From: a virus
Lineage: Duplodnaviria > Heunggongvirae > Uroviricota > Caudoviricetes
Strand: one strand, 5' to 3'
Length of the DNA: 6,145 nucleotides
Virus record (IMG/VR): IMGVR_UViG_2703718819_000022
Location: 1-6,145 of that record
The translations under genes and the position numbers were made by a program. The notes below the pieces were generated by a model. That model did not search any database and was not told the origin of the DNA. It worked only from the letters and a program-made list of their open reading frames with translations. Positions 1 to 4,770 of the stretch are shown here, piece by piece. Numbering within the stretch: position 1 is the stretch's first letter; every line of letters starts with the position of its first letter.

Positions 1-405
1 ATGGATCAGGTCGTTGTTTTTCAAAAGATGTTTGAGCAAGTGAGAAAAGAGCAAAACTTCTCCTGGTTTTATTCAGAATTAAAACATCACCGTATTGCAC
101 ATTACATTTATTATCTGGCTACGGATAACATCAGAATTATTACTCACGATGACACGGTTTTGTTATTAAGAGGAACCAGGAACCTGTTAAAAGTTAGTAC
201 GACCAAGAACCCTGCTAAAATAAAAGAGGCCGCATTGCTTCATATTTGCGGAAAATCTACATTTCGGGAATACTGTTCAACACTAGCAGGCGCGGGCGTT
301 TTCCGGTGGGTTACTGATGTTAATCATAACAAACGCAGTTACTACGCCATTGATAATACGCTTTTATATATTGAAGATGTAGAAAATAATAAACCATTAA
401 TCTAG
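1..405 (+). CDS. hypothetical protein (134 aa), AT-rich; possible accessory/cargo gene; may be 5-prime truncated at the window edge
   Basis: ORF starts with ATG at base 1 and ends at TAG 403-405. Composition is visibly AT-rich compared with the rest of the window. No family recognised from the translation. Confidence 0.45.
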   Translation: MDQVVVFQKMFEQVRKEQNFSWFYSELKHHRIAHYIYYLATDNIRIITHDDTVLLLRGTRNLLKVSTTKNPAKIKEAALLHICGKSTFREYCSTLAGAGVFRWVTDVNHNKRSYYAIDNTLLYIEDVENNKPLI

Positions 406-639
406 CTAAAGTTGGATGCTTAAGAAATGCTGTTATATATAACTAATTTCACTTAACGCATTGATTTAATTAAATAATTTGCACTACAAAAAATGCCATA
501 AATCGCAAAATGACTACACCAGTGACTACACCGTTCGGTGCACTGTATGAAACAACGTGGAACAAATAGACACAAGAAATATACAGGCGGGTCATCTTTC
601 CAGGGGGAAGCGCGCTAATTCATGAGGGGCGTTAATGTC

Positions 640-1020
640 GATATGGGGATCCCCACCTACCGGAATTTTTTTCCGGTTAACTGTTAATCAGGCTGGTGGG
701 TTTTACATACCCTTGATCACCGTAATGATGATCCAGATCTGCACCTTTCCACCAATGGTGGAAAAGCCCACAGCAGGCCGCCCAGCCTCCACCAATGGGG
801 TAAAAGCATCAACCGTAACGAAAGTCGTTATGGTTGCCACCGATACCCCAAATTTGGGTATCACGAGTAAGCCCCAAAATCTGGGTGTTACTCTTACTAC
901 CCAAACTACGGGTAGTTTCCGTAGTTTCATGGTCGAGTTGCAGATCTGCAACTCCCCCATTAACCACAGGCGAATTTCCGCCTTCGGTCATTCCTTAATC
1001 ATCTGCGTAATCATAATGAT
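640..1020. repeat. dense array of short dyad-symmetric sequences (palindromes/hairpins), function unknown
   Basis: Seen directly: GGGGATCCCC 645-654; CCGGAA-T5-TTCCGG 660-676; CCACCA-A-TGGTGG 749-761 with degenerate copy near 787-799; AACGA-AAG-TCGTT 817-829; CCCAAATTTGGG 847-858 with degenerate copy near 872-886; AAACTACGG-N7-CCGTAGTTT 903-927; perfect 20-bp palindrome GAGTTGCAGATCTGCAACTC 935-954; AATCAT-A-ATGATT 1009-1021. Confidence 0.6.
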
Positions 1021-1023
1021 TAT

Positions 1024-1115
1024 TCAGCAAGCGCAATTTTGCGCTTTGCTTAAAGTTCAGCGAGTTACCGCGCCGACTTCCTCAAATTGAGGTTTCCGAA
1101 AATATCAACGGGTTA
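1024..1115. repeat. repeat block A: motif Y (GCGCAATTTTGCG...TCAGCGAGTTACCGCGCC, 1031-1074) followed by motif X (GTTTCCGAAAATATCAACGGGTTA, 1092-1115)
   Basis: Direct sequence comparison with block B at 1205-1277: motif X matches at 23 of 24 positions, motif Y shares two conserved sub-blocks separated by a diverged 13-nt spacer. Order of X and Y is swapped between the two blocks. Confidence 0.7.
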
Positions 1116-1139
1116 ACGATAAACTGGCGAGTAATTAAA

Positions 1140-1156
1140 CTACGAAAATTTCGTAG
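1140..1156. repeat. perfect palindrome CTACGAAA-A-TTTCGTAG (8-bp arms, 1-nt centre) lying between the two X motifs
   Basis: Read directly from sequence; reverse complement is identical apart from the central base. Confidence 0.7.
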
Positions 1157-1204
1157 CTCTGACTATCTGAAAGATAATCGTTGTTCCGGCCTCAGCCGTT
1201 GGCT

Positions 1205-1277
1205 GTTCCCGAAAATATCAACGGGTTAGGACAGAGCGCAATTTTGCGTTATCGGGAATATCAGCAAGTTACCGCCG
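1205..1277. repeat. repeat block B: motif X (GTTCCCGAAAATATCAACGGGTTA, 1205-1228) followed by motif Y (AGCGCAATTTTGCG...TCAGCAAGTTACCGCCG, 1235-1277)
   Basis: See block A. The last few codons of the 93-aa minus-strand gene overlap the end of this block. Confidence 0.7.
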
Positions 1278-1550
1278 TAATCGCTCCGGCTTCTTCCACT
1301 GGTACGTTATTTTTGCTTTTTCCCTGTACGTCTGCACGCGGCGACGGTAGGCCAGCATTTCAAGAACGCGGATCCGTATGTCGCGCATATCCGCATCATT
1401 AAGCTGGATACCATCACGGCGCATCACCTCCGCAACAACACGCACATAATTTTCGGCTGTCACGCTGTCCGGCTGCGTGGCCTGTTCGTCAGCCTGCTGG
1501 CTGATTCCGGCAACGCGACGGATTAATCGCAGTAGTTCGGCTTCTGTCAT
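1269..1550 (-). CDS. hypothetical protein (93 aa) adjacent to cos; candidate packaging-associated or regulatory factor
   Basis: The track ORF 1269..1748 begins at a GTG. The in-frame ATG at 1550-1548 is preceded by a GGGGG Shine-Dalgarno about 4 nt upstream (GATGGGGGCACA-ATG). Translation from that ATG (MTEAELLRLIRRVAG...) looks like a helical protein. No family recognised. Confidence 0.55.
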   Translation of the reverse strand: MTEAELLRLIRRVAGISQQADEQATQPDSVTAENYVRVVAEVMRRDGIQLNDADMRDIRIRVLEMLAYRRRVQTYREKAKITYQWKKPERLRR

Positions 1551-1583
1551 TGTGCCCCCATCGTTCTGATAGTCTGGTGTCGT

Positions 1584-1654
1584 CGGGTCCTTCCTGGAAT
1601 TATGGCCCGTTACGGGGCGGCGACCTCGCGCGTTTTCACTATTTATGAAAATTT
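1584..1654 (+). other. lambda-type cos, copy 1: cosQ-like GTTACG followed by cosN GGGCGGCGACCT (1615-1626), then CGCGCGTTTTCACTATTTATGAAAATTTT
   Basis: Near-identity to the phage lambda left-end sequence as I recall it (GGGCGGCGACCTCGCGGGTTTTCGCTATTTATGAAAATTTTCCGG), including the 12-nt cohesive-end sequence. Forms an inverted repeat with 2110-2181. Confidence 0.8.
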
Positions 1655-1663
1655 TCCGGGATC

Positions 1664-1782
1664 CATGTCCGGTTTCTCTGCAAGTTAACCATATGAAAAA
1701 TATAAAAACATGCTTTCCATGAACCGGACATGCGCAAAAAACAGACACTAAAACCGGACATCGTACCAGTTAACCGGAAGTG
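1664..1782 (+). promoter_or_regulatory. cosB-like region: one CATGTCCGGTT site (1664-1674), an AT-rich spacer (about 1690-1710), then inverted sites AACCGGACATG (1722-1732), AACCGGACATC (1752-1762) and AACCGGAAGTG (1772-1782)
   Basis: Repeats read directly. Their orientation pattern and distances from cosN (about +50, +108, +138) match the R3 / I1 / R2 / R1 layout of lambda cosB as I recall it. No terminase gene follows. Confidence 0.6.
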
Positions 1783-1955
1783 TGCAAAAATCACACGCAT
1801 TGCTGCGCGTGATTAACAATTTATCGGCTTTACTGTTCTGTATAGGCTGGGTGGCGTCATGCCGTAGCCGTTCTCCGTGCCAGCATGGAATAATCCGTAG
1901 TTACAGAGCGGTAAAGTTAAAAATCACTTTCTGTTACGCCATCAAATACGCGATA

Positions 1956-2100
1956 CAACAACCATGTGTTTTTACAAAACCATTTGATATCATTGAATTT
2001 TTTCACATTAATGACATCAAAATACATCGTAAGGTTGTTGTATTTATTTTATTTTTACCTTACTTATCAATTAGATATACCAAACAATTAAACAACAACC
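1956..2100 (-). repeat. second putative terminase-binding repeat set next to cos copy 2: ACAACAACC 1956-1964, GGTTGTTGT 2033-2041, ACAACAACC 2092-2100, with an AT-rich tract between
   Basis: Short repeats read directly. Relative to cosN copy 2 they sit at about +45, +110 and +190 on the minus strand with one site inverted. The motif is short, so chance occurrence is possible. Confidence 0.3.
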
Positions 2101-2109
2101 ACCCCCTCA

Positions 2110-2181
2110 AAAAATCTCATAAATAGCGAAAAACCGCGAGGTCGCCGCCCCGTAACGGGTCCATATGCCGGAAAGGACCCG
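2110..2181 (-). other. lambda-type cos, copy 2 (inverted): cosN GGGCGGCGACCT is the reverse complement of 2139-2150, preceded on the minus strand by GTTACG
   Basis: Minus-strand reading CGGGTCCTTTCCGGCATATGGACCCGTTACGGGGCGGCGACCTCGCGGTTTTTCGCTATTTATGAGATTTTTT aligns at roughly 85 percent (by eye) with copy 1 at 1584-1654, and is even closer to the recalled lambda sequence in the CGCGG-TTTTCGCTATTTATGA part. Confidence 0.75.
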
Positions 2182-2182
2182 T

Positions 2183-2206
2183 AAAAAAAAGCCGGATTTC
2201 TCCGGC
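2183..2206 (-). terminator. intrinsic terminator ending the capsid operon
   Basis: Hairpin GCCGGA-TTTC-TCCGGC (2191-2206) followed on the minus strand by T8 (plus-strand A-run 2183-2190), starting 7 nt after the stop codon at 2213-2215. Confidence 0.8.
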
Positions 2207-2212
2207 CTTGTC

Positions 2213-2626
2213 TCAGATGGTTTTCAGTATGCGATCGATGTCGCCGTCATCGCCCTGGTTTCTGCCATCGTACGCCATGCCAGCTGATACGGCTTGCGGG
2301 CTGTGCATGTCCATAAAGTTTTCAAAGGCTGCGGTAAGCTCTGGTGCAACCTTTGGGCGCTCCTGCTCTATGGTCATGTTCAGGATTTCACGAGCATTAT
2401 CGACGCTAATACATGGCACGTTTGCCATTGCACGTAACAGCGGCTGATAGTCGTTATGTTCATGAAGCGCCATAATCGCATCAGCGCGCGGCTTGTCCTG
2501 TTCTTCCAGTTTGTTGAGTTGATATACGGCCTCGTAGGTTGATAAACCTCTGTCAGCCATTGCCCGCGCTTCTGCTTTAAATTTACTCGCCAGCGGTAGC
2601 GCCATGATGCTTTCATTCGTTGCCAT
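2213..2626 (-). CDS. hypothetical protein (137 aa), last gene of the capsid operon
   Basis: ATG at 2626-2624 preceded by AGGGGA about 5 nt upstream; 12-nt gap after the gpD-like stop; followed immediately by the terminator. No family recognised. Confidence 0.65.
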   Translation of the reverse strand: MATNESIMALPLASKFKAEARAMADRGLSTYEAVYQLNKLEEQDKPRADAIMALHEHNDYQPLLRAMANVPCISVDNAREILNMTIEQERPKVAPELTAAFENFMDMHSPQAVSAGMAYDGRNQGDDGDIDRILKTI

Positions 2627-2638
2627 CGTTTCCCCTGC

Positions 2639-2974
2639 TTATCGCGCCAGCGGCTGAACGGATACGCCAGAACCCGCAAAGGCGGCGCATTTTTTCGCGT
2701 CAGTGTCGGCGCTCTCAGGCCAGTTTACGGCGGCGATATTAAATATCCCCGTCTTGTAACACTGTGCTGATTTCTGCTTTGACGTGTCCACGGGGTACGA
2801 AGTCAGATAAACAGCCTTGCCAGATTCCTGACCATCCCACGGCTTAAACTCGCCATTGTCCGCCAGCATCAGCGGGGTAAATTCCTGAATAACGCCAGCA
2901 TCAGCGGCAAAATGTACCAGCGTCGTGGATACCTGCTGACTGCCTGCAAATAACTCAATGTATGGAGTGTCCAT
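2639..2974 (-). CDS. head decoration protein, phage lambda gpD-like (111 aa)
   Basis: By-eye alignment with recalled lambda gpD: TPLMLADNGEFKPWDG vs TPLMLDTSSRKLVAWDG, and CYKTGIFNIAAVNWPESADTDAKKCAAFAGSGVSV vs [42 protein letters not shown] Shine-Dalgarno 6 nt upstream of the ATG at 2974. Confidence 0.85.
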   Translation of the reverse strand: MDTPYIELFAGSQQVSTTLVHFAADAGVIQEFTPLMLADNGEFKPWDGQESGKAVYLTSYPVDTSKQKSAQCYKTGIFNIAAVNWPESADTDAKKCAAFAGSGVSVQPLAR

Positions 2975-2986
2975 AGAATCCCCCCG

Positions 2987-4042
2987 TTAACCAATTTTGA
3001 CGGTAACAAATTTGCGAATATCTGCCGGAACCGGCTGCGGTGCGCTGTGCGTCTGCACGTACTCAATCGCCGGATCGCCGTCCTCAATCCAGTTTTTCGG
3101 GTAAAACATGTTTTGCGTTGCGCCCGTTCTTACCGCTTCCTGTTCCATAATCGCACCATAGGCCACCAGCCCTTTATTGTTGGTGTTGCCCAGGACCAGC
3201 AAATCAGGCTCAAGGAAATATTTTTCTGTGCCGTCGCTGTCAGTGTATTTGCCGGAATAGACGATAAGGGCCAGATCACCAAGATAGCCCTTAAAGCTCA
3301 CCACTTCGCCCAGGTTTTTACATGCCAGCTCTGCGGCGGATTCTGAACCACGGGAAAGATCGTACAGCTCACGGAATTTTTTAAAGCTGCGTAACATGCG
3401 CCATACATCAACGCCCATAATCATGACGTTGGCGGGGCAACCTGCCTGATCTGCGTATAGCTCAATGTCATAGATTGGATCGTGTATGTCTTTATCCTGC
3501 TCGGACCATTTTTTACCGTCGGCCTGCTCTATGATGTTTTTTTCCGGTATCTTCCAGTCGATTTCATAGCGCTCTATGCCTTCGCCCTCAATGATGTTTT
3601 TTCCGGTCGTTACCGCATTTACCGCCAGCCATTCCACGCGCGCTTTAATGGCGTTTATCTGGCGGCGCATGTTGCCAGTAATCAGGCGCATACGGCGGTA
3701 GGTAGGGTCGTTAAGCTGTGCCGGATCTTCTCCAGCCATGCGCATTATTGTTTTTAATGGATCGATTTCGTGTTTTGGCTTCATGTAGCCAGGGCGAATA
3801 ATGCTGGTTTCGTACCCTTTATCGCGCTGAACCAGGCTACCAACCATAGGCGAACAAAACGCCGACATAGTGACTTCTTCAATATCCAGGTTATCTAACA
3901 TGATGTCCTGTGTGTTGAATGTCGCCACGTTCGGGAAAAACAGCGCGGTAAACAGCGGACTGAATTTAAATTCCGCAATATCCTCGCGATTCAGGTACGC
4001 AAAAAGCTGGTTAGTGTTAAGTGCTATTGCTTTTACTGTCAT
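2987..4042 (-). CDS. major capsid protein, phage lambda gpE-like (351 aa)
   Basis: Full-length by-eye alignment with recalled lambda gpE (341 aa): EFKFSPLF / KFKFDPLF; PGYMKPKHEIDP / PGYVKPKHEVNP; EDPAQLNDPTYRRMRLI / EDPQNLADPAYRRRRII; LRSFKKFRELYDLSRGSESAAELACKNLGEVVSFKGYLGDLALIVYSGKY / FRSFKAVKEKLDTRRGSNSELETAVKDLGKAVSYKGMYGDVAIVVYSGQY; YPKNWIEDGDPAIEY..SAP / YPKNWVTTGDPAREF..SAP. GGGGGTGA Shine-Dalgarno; start overlaps the upstream stop as TAATG. Confidence 0.92.
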   Translation of the reverse strand: MTVKAIALNTNQLFAYLNREDIAEFKFSPLFTALFFPNVATFNTQDIMLDNLDIEEVTMSAFCSPMVGSLVQRDKGYETSIIRPGYMKPKHEIDPLKTIMRMAGEDPAQLNDPTYRRMRLITGNMRRQINAIKARVEWLAVNAVTTGKNIIEGEGIERYEIDWKIPEKNIIEQADGKKWSEQDKDIHDPIYDIELYADQAGCPANVMIMGVDVWRMLRSFKKFRELYDLSRGSESAAELACKNLGEVVSFKGYLGDLALIVYSGKYTDSDGTEKYFLEPDLLVLGNTNNKGLVAYGAIMEQEAVRTGATQNMFYPKNWIEDGDPAIEYVQTHSAPQPVPADIRKFVTVKIG

Positions 4043-4248
4043 TATTCACCCCCGTGAACCTGATTCATACCCAGCGCCGCGCGTAAATAGGCGCGTACCT
4101 GCCAGCCTGTTGACGGCTCAACCATCGCCAGCGGATCAAGTCCTGCCGCAATGCCTGCTTTTACGTTCTGCTGGTGGCGTTCCTTGAGCGCCTTCACGAT
4201 GTCGGGGCTTATGTACACCGAAACACCGCCTTTTTTCTCTTCAGCCAT
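4042..4248 (-). CDS. hypothetical protein (68 aa), first gene of the capsid operon, translationally coupled to the capsid gene
   Basis: ATG at 4248-4246 with AAGAGGA Shine-Dalgarno about 10 nt upstream; stop TAA overlaps the gpE-like ATG (TAATG). No family recognised. Confidence 0.6.
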   Translation of the reverse strand: MAEEKKGGVSVYISPDIVKALKERHQQNVKAGIAAGLDPLAMVEPSTGWQVRAYLRAALGMNQVHGGE

Positions 4249-4283
4249 AGTAAGAAATTCCTCTTTGACTTAAAAAATCATAA

Positions 4284-4299
4284 CTGGATGTTCATCCAG
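4284..4299. promoter_or_regulatory. operator-like dyad CTGGATG-TT-CATCCAG overlapping the predicted transcription start of the capsid operon
   Basis: Perfect 7-bp inverted arms with 2-bp spacer, read directly. Geometry is CTG-N10-CAG, the LexA-box geometry, but the interior is not the AT-rich consensus. Confidence 0.45.
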
Positions 4300-4304
4300 A
4301 TCTG

Positions 4305-4332
4305 ATTATAATCATGATTGCATTTTATGCAA
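4305..4332 (-). promoter_or_regulatory. sigma70 promoter for the capsid operon: -35 TTGCAT (4332-4327), 16-bp spacer, -10 TATAAT (4310-4305)
   Basis: Near-consensus hexamers read on the minus strand, about 50 nt upstream of the 68-aa ORF start. The -35 sits inside a second dyad TTGCAT-TTT-ATGCAA (4318-4332). Confidence 0.65.
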
Positions 4333-4410
4333 TGATGTTGAGTTGTGTTGCAAATTATGAAATGATGATCCCGATCATGTGTGTCAGTGCACAAAAAAAA
4401 CCTCATATGC

Positions 4411-4453
4411 AAAAGCCCGATAAGATGCCTCCTGTACTTATCGGGCTTTTTTT
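4411..4453. terminator. intrinsic terminator hairpin GCCCGATAAG-N12-CTTATCGGGC with T7 on the plus strand and T4 (then T8) on the minus strand; probably bidirectional
   Basis: 10-bp perfect stem 4415-4424 / 4437-4446, T-run 4447-4453, flanking A-runs 4411-4414 and 4393-4400. Confidence 0.7.
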
Positions 4454-4459
4454 GGGTAC

Positions 4460-4481
4460 AAAAAAGCCGGATTACTCCGGC
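4460..4481 (-). terminator. intrinsic terminator for the ssb / 90-aa transcript
   Basis: Hairpin GCCGGA-TTAC-TCCGGC (4466-4481) followed on the minus strand by T6 (plus-strand A-run 4460-4465), 7 nt after the stop at 4488-4490. Confidence 0.75.
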
Positions 4482-4487
4482 TGTTGA

Positions 4488-4760
4488 TTAGCTGTCTGGG
4501 TAATTACGCCATATTTCATCGCTTACACCATCTATACCCATTTCAGCATAAGTGCGATCTACTGCCTTTCTCAGGTCTCCGAAGTTATCCGGCGGCTCCG
4601 GTGGCTTCTGTGCCTTCCTGGAACATTCCAGCCGTCGCATCGTAACCTGATGCCGTTCCTTGTCTGTCTCCACCAGCAGCATGACTTCACCCCATCGCGC
4701 CGATGCCCTCCGGTAAAAGCCTTTTGCCTCGAGTTCCTCCGCTATGCGGTCATGTACCAT
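4488..4760 (-). CDS. hypothetical protein (90 aa) downstream of ssb
   Basis: The track ORF 4488..4880 begins at a GTG inside ssb. The in-frame ATG at 4760-4758 lies just after the ssb stop (4771-4773) and is preceded by GAGGGGG about 6 nt upstream, so the shorter product MVHDRIAEELEAKG... is preferred. Confidence 0.55.
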   Translation of the reverse strand: MVHDRIAEELEAKGFYRRASARWGEVMLLVETDKERHQVTMRRLECSRKAQKPPEPPDNFGDLRKAVDRTYAEMGIDGVSDEIWRNYPDS

Positions 4761-4770
4761 CGTCACCCCC

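Noticed and set aside
703-991. Minus-strand ORFs 703..960 and 809..991
   Set aside because: They overlap each other and the plus-strand ORF in the palindrome array, with no convincing start context and no protein-like features.
635-1090. 151-aa plus-strand ORF spanning the palindrome-rich region
   Set aside because: It has a reasonable Shine-Dalgarno (GAGGGG, 5 nt from the ATG) but the product is compositionally odd, all three frames on both strands are open here, and the DNA is saturated with perfect palindromes. Treated as probably non-coding but not excluded; see the finding on 640-1020.
640-1290. Retron msr-msd or type III toxin-antitoxin RNA repeats as an explanation for the structured region
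   Set aside because: No reverse transcriptase in the window, and the repeats are not a clean tandem array of one unit placed upstream of a toxin gene. The features fit neither system, so it is left as unclassified.
1181-1402. 73-aa plus-strand ORF
   Set aside because: Antisense to the 3-prime end of the 93-aa gene and running through the X/Y repeat block; no ribosome-binding site; likely a shadow ORF.
1551-1748. Longer 159-aa version of the minus-strand ORF 1269..1748
   Set aside because: It starts at a GTG inside the cosB repeats and would translate through cosN. The internal ATG at 1550 with a GGGGG Shine-Dalgarno is a far better start.
1782-2126. 114-aa plus-strand ORF in the Nu1 position after cosB
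   Set aside because: GTG start, AT-rich low-complexity product with no resemblance to recalled Nu1/TerS, and it runs into the inverted cosN copy. Judged non-coding.
2208-4187. Alternative-frame and antisense ORFs inside the capsid operon (2208..2447 +, 2380..2679 -, 2869..3087 -, 3047..3346 +, 3482..3757 +, 3870..4187 +)
   Set aside because: All lie within or antisense to the well-supported gpE-like, gpD-like and 137-aa genes and lack independent start signals.
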